From the NCBI GenBank assembly GCA_035937515.1, contig DASZHW010000156.1, positions 4,958 through 68,957 on the forward strand: a stretch of 64,000 bases of DNA. The letters are read 5' to 3'. The position numbers were made by a program, and so were the translations under genes. A model generated the notes under the pieces. That model made no database searches and had not been told where the DNA came from. It was given only the letters and a program-made list of their open reading frames with translations. Shown here piece after piece: positions 37,031 through 47,077 of this stretch. This DNA is from Terriglobales bacterium. GTDB taxonomy: Bacteria > Acidobacteriota > Terriglobia > Terriglobales > Acidobacteriaceae. How positions within the stretch are numbered: the stretch's first letter is position 1; the number at the start of each line of letters is the position of its first letter.

Positions 37031-38506
37031 CTTCTGTTCGGGATAGTATTCCTTCTTGCCGTCTTCGCTCTTGCGGGTCACCGCGGCATAGAGCCCGCGA
37101 AAGGGCGTAACCGGTTCGACGGGATAGTCAGTCCCGAGGGCCAACGGCACTCCCTTCTTGAGAAACTCCGCCCAGGCATAGGAATGAGCGGCACGCTTCG
37201 GTCCCAGGCGCGCCTCTGCCCAGTTCATGTCGGTGAGCAGATGATTGGGCTGCATGGAAGCGATGACTTTGAGTTGCTTGAACTTCGCCACCTGCAGCGG
37301 ATTAGTGACCTGGGCGTGCTCCACCCGCAAACGGAGATCGGGGCTGGCGGCCACCCCGAAAGCATCGAGCGCCATCTGCACTCCCTTGTCACCGATCGCG
37401 TGGAATCCAATCTGAAAGCCCGCAGCCACGCGCTCCTTGGTCATCTGATTGAGCTTGTCCTGGTCGTACTGCGGAAGCCCGAAATTGGCGGCGTTGTCGG
37501 CGTAAGGGTCGATCAGGGCGGCGGTGCTCGAGCCCAGCGATCCATCCATGTAGCCCTTGAGCATGCCGGTGCGCAGCATCTTGTCCGACTGCGCATGCGC
37601 CGAGCGGTGGGCCTGCAGTAGATCGATGGGATCATCGAACGGCATCCATTCCGAGATGCGCACGGTCAACTTGCCCTCGCGCTCGATCTCCTCAAGAATC
37701 TGGAAATCGTCCCAGGAGAGCTTCGAGTCTCCGGAATCGGAGTTGTCCTGCGCTGAGGTGATGCCGTTCTGCGCCAGATCCTGCAGGGCGGCCTCGATGG
37801 CCCGCCGGCGCCGGTCGTGATTGGGTTTGGGAATGACGGCGCTCAGGGCTTCGCGCGCGGTCTCGCGCAAGATGCCGGTGGCCTGTCCGGTGGAGTCACG
37901 ATCGATCTTGCCGCCGGCGGGATCCTTGCTGGCGACGGTGATGCTGGCCAACTGCAGAGCGCGGGTGTTGGCGACCGCGATGTGTCCATCCACGCGTTGC
38001 AGGAAGATTGGATTCCTGGTGGTGACTTCGTCCAGGTCCCAGCGGCTGGGGAGCTCTTTCACCGGCCACAGAGTCTGGTCCCAACCCCCGCCCACAATCC
38101 ACTCCCCGGGTTCGGCAGTTTCCGCTCGCACCCGCACCCGGTCGCGGAATTCGGTCAGCGATTTCACTCCCACCAGGTCTACGGTCAGACGTTGAAAGCC
38201 GGCATTGGCCAGATGCATGTGGGCGTCGTTAAATCCGGGCATCATGAAATGGCCGCCAAGATCGACAACCTGGGTGGCAGGCCCTTTGAGTTTTATGATG
38301 TCGTGCTCAGCGCCGACCGCCTCGATGCGGTCGCCCAGGATAGCCAGAGCTTCGGCGTGCTCGATGGCCCGAAACGCGGAGGTCGCGGCCACGCCGGTAT
38401 AAATGTTTGCGTGTAGAAAGATGACATCCGCTCGAGGTTGCGAAGGCAAAGTCTGAGCCGTCGCGGAAACCGCGATCCACAGCACAACCGTGGCTTTCAG
38501 TTTCAT
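36821..38506 (-). CDS. amidohydrolase-3 family metal-dependent hydrolase (YtcJ-like), secreted
   Basis: PGFNDAHMHL metal motif, HAIGD, GTDYPVE; signal peptide after the internal ATG. Start overlaps the upstream stop (ATGA). Confidence 0.85.
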   Translation of the reverse strand: MKLKATVVLWIAVSATAQTLPSQPRADVIFLHANIYTGVAATSAFRAIEHAEALAILGDRIEAVGAEHDIIKLKGPATQVVDLGGHFMMPGFNDAHMHLANAGFQRLTVDLVGVKSLTEFRDRVRVRAETAEPGEWIVGGGWDQTLWPVKELPSRWDLDEVTTRNPIFLQRVDGHIAVANTRALQLASITVASKDPAGGKIDRDSTGQATGILRETAREALSAVIPKPNHDRRRRAIEAALQDLAQNGITSAQDNSDSGDSKLSWDDFQILEEIEREGKLTVRISEWMPFDDPIDLLQAHRSAHAQSDKMLRTGMLKGYMDGSLGSSTAALIDPYADNAANFGLPQYDQDKLNQMTKERVAAGFQIGFHAIGDKGVQMALDAFGVAASPDLRLRVEHAQVTNPLQVAKFKQLKVIASMQPNHLLTDMNWAEARLGPKRAAHSYAWAEFLKKGVPLALGTDYPVEPVTPFRGLYAAVTRKSEDGKKEYYPEQKLNMEQAISAYTTGSAFAEFTEKEKGTLAPGMLADLVVLDRDITSVAPEKVLGTKVLRTVVGGKTVWEAK

Positions 38507-39765
38507 GCGGCTGCTCCGGCCAGGCCGAGCAGAGTCAGGAGGATGCGCTTCAGTCCCAGCTCGCGCCCGCTGCAGTCGAACCATTCCTGCAAGGTATGGG
38601 CGCCGCCACCGGTGCCGCCGCCGCCGATCGCAATGGCTTCCCTTCCCAGGGACAGCGGAATATTGGCATCCGTGGAGGCGCGCTGCACCTGGGCGGCGTT
38701 TCCCAGATGGGAGTCCACGGCGCGAATCACCTGCAAGATGCGCGCGTTGGGATACAGCTCGCCGGCAGGACGGTTGCCGATCACCACCAGCTCGCAACTC
38801 AATCCGTAGGAGCGGCGTGGGCTGGAGGCACGCGCTTCGGTGGCTTGCGATTCCTCCTCCACAGCGCGGTCCAGCGCCTGCCGCAGCGCGCGTTCCAGGC
38901 GCTCCATTTCCGCCATCGAGGTGGAACGAATGTCCACCCGCATGCTGGCGGACTCCGGGATTGAGTTGACCGAAGTGCCGCCGCGAATCACGCCTACATT
39001 GAACGTGGTCTTGGGCGATGCCGGCACCGGGGTCTGCGAGAACGTATGAATGGCCCGCGCCAGCACCAGGATCGGATTGGGTGCGCCAAAATCACTCCAG
39101 GAGTGTCCCCCGGGACCGCGGACGATCACTTCGAAGCGGCGGCTGCCCAGAGCCTCGGCCACGATCGTGTCCGCGCCCGCGCCATCCAGCACCAGGCTGT
39201 AATGAATGGATTCCTTCCAGCGCGGCGTGGAAAAAATGTGCCGCATGCCGCGCAGATCGCCTTCTCCTTCTTCACCCACATTTCCGATAAACAGGAAGGG
39301 CAAAGCATGCCGGATGTGCAGCGCCTGCAGTGCGGCCGCGATGGCCAGCATGGCCGTGATTCCCGCGCCGTTGTCGGAAACTCCCGGGCCGTACAGACGG
39401 CCGCCCTGTTGCCGGATATTCAGCGGGGTGCCGGCGGGAAAAACTGTGTCCAGGTGGGCGCTGAGCGAGACATGGCCGTGCCCATAACCGGCATGTGTGC
39501 CGAAAACATTGCCCACCTCATCGCTGCAAACCGAGTCGAGTCCGAGTTCGCGAAACTTTTCCGCCAGCCACTGGCCGCGCGCGCTTTCGCCGAAAGGCGG
39601 CGCCGCGATGCGGGCCAGTTCCAGTTGCCACTGAGCGAACTGCGGCTCCTGGGCCCGCATCCACGAAAACGCTGAGCGCATTTCCGGCAGCGCGGCCAGG
39701 TGGGCGATCTCCTGCTGCACGCCCGGAATCAGCTCCGGCATTTCGGCTTGGGGGCGGGAAGGCAT
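38503..39765 (-). CDS. M20/M25/M40 family metallopeptidase
   Basis: HLDTVF, GVSDNGAG and NVGEEGEG metal-ligand motifs. Confidence 0.85.
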   Translation of the reverse strand: MPSRPQAEMPELIPGVQQEIAHLAALPEMRSAFSWMRAQEPQFAQWQLELARIAAPPFGESARGQWLAEKFRELGLDSVCSDEVGNVFGTHAGYGHGHVSLSAHLDTVFPAGTPLNIRQQGGRLYGPGVSDNGAGITAMLAIAAALQALHIRHALPFLFIGNVGEEGEGDLRGMRHIFSTPRWKESIHYSLVLDGAGADTIVAEALGSRRFEVIVRGPGGHSWSDFGAPNPILVLARAIHTFSQTPVPASPKTTFNVGVIRGGTSVNSIPESASMRVDIRSTSMAEMERLERALRQALDRAVEEESQATEARASSPRRSYGLSCELVVIGNRPAGELYPNARILQVIRAVDSHLGNAAQVQRASTDANIPLSLGREAIAIGGGGTGGGAHTLQEWFDCSGRELGLKRILLTLLGLAGAAA

Positions 39766-40085
39766 AGTCGGCGGACGACTGATCTGCCATCTTACAACGC
39801 TGGGTCTAGACTTGGATGTGGCGTCGAGGACGCGTCGGGATTACGGCGGGCCAGGTAATCATTACGTCTTGCAACATGCCCGCTGGTTACGCCTTCTTCG
39901 GCGGTTGATCGATGCGGACCGCCGGTGCGGAAAAAGCATCTGAAAACTCGAGTGTGACCACCCGGCCTTGGCGGACGTTGACCACCAGTGCGGGCCGAAA
40001 GCAGGCGAGGCAGGTGCCTCATGTCAAGGAATGGGCCTTTTGAGGATTGCCTTGCGCGCGGCTGGGATGCGGGCGAGACACGCGC

Positions 40086-41321
40086 CTATCGTGGGCTCAG
40101 GCACTGCCTGATTTCCGCTTCGCTCAGAGTGTGGTCTGAGCTTTTGGCGCGTTGATAAATCCGCTCTACGACATCATCGGTCGCGGGCACGCCATGGCGT
40201 TCCAGCCAGAACAATACGTTTGACTTGCCGCTCATGGGCCCGATGTCGATGATCTGCTCCCGTCCGAACAGGTGCGAGGGCACACCGGAGTAGACGGCGT
40301 TGGCCAATTCCATATCTTGCTTTTTGTACGCCTTGATCACGGCCGCGGCATGGACCCCGGTGGCGGTGCGGAATGCATCTTCGCCGACGACCGGATAGTT
40401 CGGCGGAATGGGCACGCCGGTGGCTTTCGATATCATCTGGCAATACTCCGGCAGTCGGGTCAGATCCTGGTCCGCCCAGGGCGGGATGCCCATCAGTTTG
40501 AGATTCACCAGCATCTGGTCCATCTGGGTGTTGCCTACACGCTCGCCGATTCCCAGGCCGCAGGCATGAACACATTCGGCGCCCGCTATCAATGCAGCCA
40601 TGGAATTGGCGACCGCCAGGCCGCGGTCGCAGTGGCCGTGCCAGTCCACCCGAATGTTTTCGCCCGAGGGCTTTACCACCTCGGAGATGACGAAGCCCAC
40701 CAGGGCAAACACTCCCATCGGGGTGGCATGTCCGGCGGTGTCACAGATCACGATCGCACGCGCGCCGCAGGCGATCGCGGTCGAATAGAGGCGCTTGACC
40801 ATTTCTGGATCGCAGCGGGTTGTGTCCTCGGTGACGTACATCGGCTCGAGACCCAACGACACTGCGTACCTGACCGCCTTTTCCGTGGTCTTAACCAGGA
40901 AGTCGTCGGTCCAGTCTTCGGTGTAGCGACGAATCGGGCTGGATCCAATAAAGGTCGCGGCCTGAATGTTCAGCCCGGTGCGCTGAACGATTTCGGCGAT
41001 GGGGCGAATGTCATGCTCGAGCGTGCGGGCGGCGCAGTTGGCGCGGATTTTCAGCTTGTGGCCGACGATCTCGCGGGCCAGGGCTTCCACGTCCGCGACC
41101 GCGCGGGGACCCGCTCCCGGCAGGCCCAGGTCGAGAGAATTGATGCCCAGGGCTTCCATCAGGTGAAGGATTTGGATTTTTTCTTCGATCGAGGGATCGC
41201 GCACTGAAGGCGACTGCAACCCGTCGCGCAGGGTCTCGTCGTTGAGCAGGACCCCGCCGGCAGGGCGCAGGTTGGCGGAGCCCATGCGGTTCCAGTCGTA
41301 GATGAGTTCGGAAGTGTTCAC
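40086..41321 (-). CDS. HMGL-like / 2-isopropylmalate-homocitrate synthase family protein (catalytic domain only)
   Basis: LNDETLRDGLQSP, CDTAGHATP and HGHCDRGLAVANS motifs; 411 aa with no LeuA regulatory domain evident. Confidence 0.78.
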   Translation of the reverse strand: MNTSELIYDWNRMGSANLRPAGGVLLNDETLRDGLQSPSVRDPSIEEKIQILHLMEALGINSLDLGLPGAGPRAVADVEALAREIVGHKLKIRANCAARTLEHDIRPIAEIVQRTGLNIQAATFIGSSPIRRYTEDWTDDFLVKTTEKAVRYAVSLGLEPMYVTEDTTRCDPEMVKRLYSTAIACGARAIVICDTAGHATPMGVFALVGFVISEVVKPSGENIRVDWHGHCDRGLAVANSMAALIAGAECVHACGLGIGERVGNTQMDQMLVNLKLMGIPPWADQDLTRLPEYCQMISKATGVPIPPNYPVVGEDAFRTATGVHAAAVIKAYKKQDMELANAVYSGVPSHLFGREQIIDIGPMSGKSNVLFWLERHGVPATDDVVERIYQRAKSSDHTLSEAEIRQCLSPR

Positions 41322-41444
41322 GAAAAGTCAGACTACAGTTCGGGGAAGAACGATTACCTCAGCGGCGGAAGCCGCCATAAGAAACGAACCCCTGGACGCA
41401 GCCCTGAAGGGCTGTTCCACCCAAACTGGTTTTCCGCCGCTCTC

Positions 41445-41771
41445 TTACTTCTTCGCCGGCACGGTCAGACCGAAGATCGATGTCTGTCCCTGCCCCGCCA
41501 CATTCAGGCCGCTCACGCCCCCCGGGTTCGGCAAATAGAGCGTCTTGCAGTGCTCGCAACGATAGACTTCCGCGTCCGGTCCCCAGGCCTTCTCGGCATC
41601 ACCACAGGCTTGCTCGACCACGTCGGTGGTGTAGAACCAGCGCTTGAGATGGCCACCACAGAACTTGCCCTTGACGTCCTTCTCGTTGCAGGACCGCTGT
41701 CCCACTTTCTTGATTTTTACTTTGTGATGGGGAAGCTGCGGCGGAGCAGTCGCGGTTTCGGTGGTGGCCAA
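41445..41771 (-). CDS. hypothetical Cys-rich (zinc-ribbon-like) protein
   Basis: 108 aa with C..C and CEHC pairs; coding-like composition. Confidence 0.45.
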   Translation of the reverse strand: MATTETATAPPQLPHHKVKIKKVGQRSCNEKDVKGKFCGGHLKRWFYTTDVVEQACGDAEKAWGPDAEVYRCEHCKTLYLPNPGGVSGLNVAGQGQTSIFGLTVPAKK

Positions 41772-41856
41772 GGGCTATCCTCGTGGCTGCGGCAAAGTGC
41801 CCGCCGGATTCACGAATTCATTTTACTCGAAGCGGTTTCGGCGGAGCCATAGCGGT

Positions 41857-42345
41857 TCAATCGAATTCTTTCTTCGGCGCAACTTGGTCGGATCCCACGC
41901 GGCCACCGGCGATGTCGGCGGCGAAATAATTCTCGCCTTTCACCGGTCCGCCCGCCATCCGGCGCAGCATGGCAATTTGCCCAACATGGGTCAAGGCATC
42001 GGCGACCGGGCCCTGAAACAGTCTTTCGGCGGGCGTGTGCAGCGGTTCGTCGGAGGCCAAATAATCGTCGAAACTCTTCAGCGCGACGAAGAAGCGGGTG
42101 GTTTCCTCGCCCCAGGGCAGGGGCTGGGAATCTTTCCACGTCTGCTTCCCCCGGGCGATAGACAAGCCCCAATCCATCAGGTCGCCGATGTGGGCTAGAA
42201 TCTGCCCCGCAGTCCGGCTCGACTCGTAAGCGTGGAAATCGGCGAACCCCGTGGGCACGTTGCGCACGGCCTTGCCGCCGCGATAGGCAAGCGTGGCCAG
42301 GGTATGGCGCAAGAGTTCGCGTTTCGGATCAGAACTCGCAGTCAT
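41857..42345 (-). CDS. DinB-superfamily protein
   Basis: Four-helix pattern with HxxxxxD/H-type segments (ILAHIGDLMDW, LTHVGQIAMLRR); 4 nt downstream of the ALDH gene. Confidence 0.55.
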   Translation of the reverse strand: MTASSDPKRELLRHTLATLAYRGGKAVRNVPTGFADFHAYESSRTAGQILAHIGDLMDWGLSIARGKQTWKDSQPLPWGEETTRFFVALKSFDDYLASDEPLHTPAERLFQGPVADALTHVGQIAMLRRMAGGPVKGENYFAADIAGGRVGSDQVAPKKEFD

Positions 42346-42349
42346 GGCG

Positions 42350-43924
42350 CTACCTCCGTTTTTTGTTCTTCACCGCTCCCATGGCCCGGACCGCGCCCCG
42401 CAGCCGCCGGCCTAACCCGCGGGCAAATTGCCAATCGAGCAGCCCTTCCATCTGGCGCGCGAAGGCCTTTCCATACCCGTACCACCAGATTTTTTCCATT
42501 CCCGGCAGCCGGTCGGAGTCGATGTATTTCATCCGCCCCATTTCTTCCAGGCCAAAGCGTCCATGAGAACGGCCTATGCCACTCGCCTTCACGCCGCCGT
42601 GTGGGGCTTCGCTGATGCCGAAACAGGAGACAGCATCGTTCACCATGACCGTTCCCGCCTCAATGCGCCGTGCCAGCGCGTCTCCGCGGGCCCGATCTCG
42701 AGTCCATACGCTGGCCGCCAGACCGAATTCCGAATCGTTGGCCAGACCGATGGCTTGGTCGTCGCTGTCGAACGGCATTACCGGCAGCACCGGCCCGAAC
42801 GTCTCTTCACGCATGATGCGCATGCCGTGAGTGACGTCCGCCAATACGGTCGGTGCATAGTAGTTCGCCCCGATTTCCGGGAGCCGTTTCCCGCCCGCCA
42901 GCACGCGCGCTCCCTGCACCCGGGCTTCTTCCACCTGCGATTCCACATTCAACAGCTGGCGCTGGTGGATCAGGGGGCCAATGTCGGTTTCAGGATCGAT
43001 CCCGCTGCCCACTCGCAATTGCCGGGTATGGCGCACGCAGGCCTCGAGAAATGGCCCGTACAAACTGCGATGCACATAGCAACGCTCGACCGAAAGACAG
43101 GCCTGCCCGGCGTTGACGAACGCGCCCCAGACGGCGCCTCGGGAAGCGATTTCGATATCGGCATCGTCGAGCACCAGCATCGCATCCTTGCCGCCCAGCT
43201 CGAGCACTACCGGCAGCAGGCGCGCAGCGGCGCTCTGTGCGATCCGCCTCCCGGTGGGTACGCTCCCGGTAAAGACCAGCTTGTCTATGGTGGCGTTGAT
43301 CAGGGCTGCCCCGGTTGTGCCATTGCCGACGACTACCTGGAAAATTTCCTCGGGCACTCCTGCCTCATACAGGAGCGACGCCAGTTCAAGGGCGGTGAGC
43401 GAGGTAAACTCCGAGGGCTTGACCACCACTGCATTGCCCGCCACCAGTGCAGCCAGGCTTTCCGTGGCTGGAATCGAAAAGGGGTAGTTCCATGGCGAGA
43501 TGATTGCGATCACACCGTAGGGCTCGCGAACCAGGCGGCCGGACTTGGTCTTCATGGCCAGATTACCGTGAGGGATAGGTTCGTCCCGCAGCAAGCGGTA
43601 GGCGTCGTCAATCAAGAAGCGCGCGGCGTCGAGCACCACCAGCACCTCGGTGAGCAGCGCCTCGACGTAAGGTTTGCCGGCTTCGCGGGTAACCAGCTGC
43701 GCGACCTGGGATTTTTTCCGGTGCAGCAAGGCCTGGAAGGCACGCAGAATCGCAATTCGCTTGCGCACGCCCATCCCTGCCCAGGCCGGCTGCGCGGCCC
43801 GAGTTCGGGCCACCGCGGCATGAACCTCAGTTTCTGAAGCGCATTCGAATTGCTGGAGAATCTCCCCGGTTGCGGGATTAGTTGAGGCCACCTTCGGCGC
43901 GACGACCTGCAGATTGGAAGCCAT
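42350..43924 (-). CDS. NAD(P)-dependent aldehyde dehydrogenase
   Basis: ISPWNYPF, LELGGKDA, GQACLSVER and EETFGPV motifs. Start set at MASNLQV. Confidence 0.88.
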   Translation of the reverse strand: MASNLQVVAPKVASTNPATGEILQQFECASETEVHAAVARTRAAQPAWAGMGVRKRIAILRAFQALLHRKKSQVAQLVTREAGKPYVEALLTEVLVVLDAARFLIDDAYRLLRDEPIPHGNLAMKTKSGRLVREPYGVIAIISPWNYPFSIPATESLAALVAGNAVVVKPSEFTSLTALELASLLYEAGVPEEIFQVVVGNGTTGAALINATIDKLVFTGSVPTGRRIAQSAAARLLPVVLELGGKDAMLVLDDADIEIASRGAVWGAFVNAGQACLSVERCYVHRSLYGPFLEACVRHTRQLRVGSGIDPETDIGPLIHQRQLLNVESQVEEARVQGARVLAGGKRLPEIGANYYAPTVLADVTHGMRIMREETFGPVLPVMPFDSDDQAIGLANDSEFGLAASVWTRDRARGDALARRIEAGTVMVNDAVSCFGISEAPHGGVKASGIGRSHGRFGLEEMGRMKYIDSDRLPGMEKIWWYGYGKAFARQMEGLLDWQFARGLGRRLRGAVRAMGAVKNKKRR

Positions 43925-43980
43925 ACTCTGGAAAAGTCTACGCGGGCGGGGGCGCGTGCGCCACATGGCCGCGTCTGCAG

Positions 43981-44730
43981 CTAGTATTCCACGCTCACCA
44001 GATACAGCCCACTCGCCGGAGCTGTCGCACCTGCGGCTGAGCGCGTGCGCGCTTCGAGAATGCGTGTGATATCAGAAGGCTGCAGCGTGCCCTTTCCAGC
44101 AAGCAAAAAGGTCCCCACAAGATTTCGCACCAGGTGGTGAAGAAACCCGTTGCCGCGGACCGTGTAGACGAGCTCGTCCCCCTGGTGTTCCCAGCCGGAA
44201 GACAAAATTCGCCGGACGTTCGACCCCTCTTCCTCCTTTTTCCGCTCCGGGTCCACCGCGGCGAACGAGGTGAAATCGTGTTCCCCCATGATCGCGGATG
44301 CAGCCTGTTGCATCAAACCTTCGTCCAGGGGATAGGGATAGTGCCAGACATAGCGTGCCAGAAAAGGCGGGCATATCGATCCGCGATACATGCGGTAGCG
44401 ATAGGTTTTGGCGCGGGCGGCCTTGCGGGCGTGGAATGCGGGCGGCATCTCGGCCGCCTCAAGCACGCGGATCGCGGCGGGCAAAACGTCATTAAGCGCG
44501 CTCACCAGATTCTCCGCCGGGATGGAGGATTGGATTGCGAAAGTGGCCACTTGGCCGAGGGCATGCACGCCGGCATCGGTGCGCCCGGAGCCCTGGGGCA
44601 AGACCTTTTCCCCGGTGACTCGTCCAACCGCAGAGGCCAGCGTCCCCTGGATGGTGGCCGACTCGGGCTGGACCTGCCACCCAGCGAAGTCCGTACCGTC
44701 GTAGGCCAGGACCAATTTGAGATTGCGCAT
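43981..44730 (-). CDS. truA: tRNA pseudouridine(38-40) synthase
   Basis: YDGTDFAGWQVQ and GSGRTDAGVHALGQV catalytic-Asp motif. Confidence 0.92.
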   Translation of the reverse strand: MRNLKLVLAYDGTDFAGWQVQPESATIQGTLASAVGRVTGEKVLPQGSGRTDAGVHALGQVATFAIQSSIPAENLVSALNDVLPAAIRVLEAAEMPPAFHARKAARAKTYRYRMYRGSICPPFLARYVWHYPYPLDEGLMQQAASAIMGEHDFTSFAAVDPERKKEEEGSNVRRILSSGWEHQGDELVYTVRGNGFLHHLVRNLVGTFLLAGKGTLQPSDITRILEARTRSAAGATAPASGLYLVSVEY

Positions 44731-44996
44731 CGCGTTTGTTTGGAGTCGTCCCGGAGGCCTCGCTCATCCAATCGGTTTGGCAAATCTTTACAAAGCTTTA
44801 CCGATTGCCGCGGCGTGACGCAAACCCGGGCTGGCGCGTCATTTATACTATTGCATTCACAACCCGACCCGGGACCAAAAGTAAGGACGGCGCCCAGCAC
44901 AAAAATGAAACCTGGGGCGCGCAAAATGCGTATCAACGCTTGATTTCCAGAAGCCTAGGCCATCTTCGCGATCAGCTTGTGCAGGGAGAGAATCGA

Positions 44997-47066
44997 ATGT
45001 ACTTGTCGGCTTTGCATTGTGCCCTCCGGCGGACGCTGGCAGTCGTCCTGGCCGGAGTTTTGACCGCAAGCAGCTGGGCGCAAACCGCCCAGCCCGCACC
45101 CCCGCCAAACGGTCCGCAACCGCAGCGCTTCGTGGTCTCGGACTACAGCAAGCCCCAGTCTCACTTTCCGAATCCGATCGCCCCCTACCGGCCGCAAAGC
45201 TTGCCTGCGCCGGATTTGAGCAATACGTCGCGAATTACGCAGTTGATGAGGGACGGAAAGCTGTACCTGTCGATCGATGACGCGGTGGCGCTAGCTCTGG
45301 AGAATAACCTTGACATCGCCATCCAGCGCTACAACCTGGCCATCGCCGATACCGATATTCTGCGCGCCAAGGCGGGAGGCAGCACGCTGGGCGTCAACAG
45401 CGGCGTGGTGACCAATACTCCCGGCGGCGGCACCGGTGGTCTCAGCGGATCGGTCGGTTCGGGCACCGGAGGCACCAGCGCCGGACTGGGCGGAGCCGGC
45501 ACCGGCGCAGGCGGATTGGTCAATTCCACTCTGGGCAGTGGTCCCCCCATCACCAGTTTCGATCCCGTGCTTTCGGGCACGCTGCAGATGGATAGGGCGT
45601 TCACCCAGTCCTCGAGCATTTTCAGCCCCATCCCGGTGGCGAACTCTAATACCGGAACGGCCACCTTCAGCTACTTGCAGGGCTTCCAGACCGGCACCAA
45701 CCTGTCGGTGGGATTCAACAATACTCACAGTACAACCAACAGTCCGACGGCGACCTACAGTCCGTTTTTAAGTTCCGGATTCAAGTTCCAGCTTACCCAG
45801 CACCTGTTGCAGGGCTTCGGCTTCGCCCCCAACACCCGCTTTATCAAGATCGCCAAGAACAACCGCGAGATTTCTGACGTCGCCTTCCGGCTGCAAATCA
45901 TCACCACCGTGGACCAGATCCAGAACATATACTGGGACCTGGTCTTCGCCTACGAGAATGTGCGGGTACAGAACGAATCGCTGGCGTTCGCGGACAAGAC
46001 GCTTTCCGACACCAGGAAACAGGTGGAAATCGGCACGCTGGCGCCCATCGAAGTAGTGCGTGCGCAGAGCACCGTGGCCAGCGATCAGCAACAACTCACG
46101 CTGGCGCAGACCAACCTGCAATTGCAGCAGTTGCTGATGAAGAACGCGCTGAGCCGCACGCTGGTGGACCCCAGCCTGGCCGATGCCGCAGTGATTCCGA
46201 CCTCCACCATGCAACTGCCGCAACAGGAACCCGTAGTACCCATACAGGATCTGGTGAATGATGCGCTCAGCCATCGGGCCGAGCTGGCGGAAGCTCGCAT
46301 CACCCTGGCAAACTCCGAAATCAGCAACAAGGCGGTGCGCAGCTCGCTGTTGCCGACTCTGGACATGTACGCATACTACGGAGGAACCGGCATCGGCGGA
46401 AACGTGGCCTTGCCCCCCTGCACCGGAACCAGCGGCCCTTTCGAAGCCTGCTTTGATCCCGCCAACGCAGCGCCGCCCTTCCGCAACGGTGGCCCCGTGG
46501 GTTATGGCAGCGCGCTGAGCCAGCTGGTGGATTCGAGCTCTCCCGACAAGGGTGTGGGCCTCACTCTGACCATTCCGCTGCGCAACCGGGTGGCCCAGGC
46601 AACCCAGATTCGCTCTGAACTGGAATATCGCCAGTCGCAAATGCGATTGCAGCAGCTGGAAAACCAGATTCGCATTGAAGTGCGCAGCGCGCAGTTTAAC
46701 GTGCAGCAGAACCGGGCCAGTGTGGCCTCGGCCCAGGCTGCGGTAGATCTGGGCCGCCAGTCCCTGGACGCTGAACAGAAGAAGTATGCTCTGGGGGCCT
46801 CCACCACTACCCTGGTACTGCAGAATCAGAGCGCCCTGGCGCAGGCCGAATCCACCCTGGTATCGGCCATGGCGGCGTATGAGAAAGCGCAGGTCGAACT
46901 GGATCGGGCCACCGGACGGTTGCTGGATCACTCCGGCGTCCAGATTTCCGATGCGGAGCGCGGGGAAGTGACCCATATGCCGAACGTTCCTTTTGTGGCT
47001 CCACGGGTAGAAGCGCAGCCCCCGGTTGTGCCACCTGCTCCACAGCCGACCGCACCACCACAGTAG
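44997..47066 (+). CDS. TolC-family outer membrane efflux protein with Gly-rich insertion
   Basis: Signal peptide after the internal ATG; two OEP repeats (ALENNLDIAIQRYN..., ALSHRAELAEARI...); Gly/Thr/Ser insertion in the first repeat. Confidence 0.8.
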   Translation: MYLSALHCALRRTLAVVLAGVLTASSWAQTAQPAPPPNGPQPQRFVVSDYSKPQSHFPNPIAPYRPQSLPAPDLSNTSRITQLMRDGKLYLSIDDAVALALENNLDIAIQRYNLAIADTDILRAKAGGSTLGVNSGVVTNTPGGGTGGLSGSVGSGTGGTSAGLGGAGTGAGGLVNSTLGSGPPITSFDPVLSGTLQMDRAFTQSSSIFSPIPVANSNTGTATFSYLQGFQTGTNLSVGFNNTHSTTNSPTATYSPFLSSGFKFQLTQHLLQGFGFAPNTRFIKIAKNNREISDVAFRLQIITTVDQIQNIYWDLVFAYENVRVQNESLAFADKTLSDTRKQVEIGTLAPIEVVRAQSTVASDQQQLTLAQTNLQLQQLLMKNALSRTLVDPSLADAAVIPTSTMQLPQQEPVVPIQDLVNDALSHRAELAEARITLANSEISNKAVRSSLLPTLDMYAYYGGTGIGGNVALPPCTGTSGPFEACFDPANAAPPFRNGGPVGYGSALSQLVDSSSPDKGVGLTLTIPLRNRVAQATQIRSELEYRQSQMRLQQLENQIRIEVRSAQFNVQQNRASVASAQAAVDLGRQSLDAEQKKYALGASTTTLVLQNQSALAQAESTLVSAMAAYEKAQVELDRATGRLLDHSGVQISDAERGEVTHMPNVPFVAPRVEAQPPVVPPAPQPTAPPQ

Positions 47067-47077
47067 TCGGAACGGAG

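Noticed and set aside
39792-40022. 76-aa minus-strand ORF in the long spacer
   Set aside because: The translation is Arg/Pro/Gly-rich with no SD and no hydrophobic core or motif, so it is probably non-coding.
42428-43837. 469-aa ORF on the plus strand
   Set aside because: It is antisense to the second aldehyde dehydrogenase (42350..43924), with no family motifs and Arg/Gly/His-rich junk composition.
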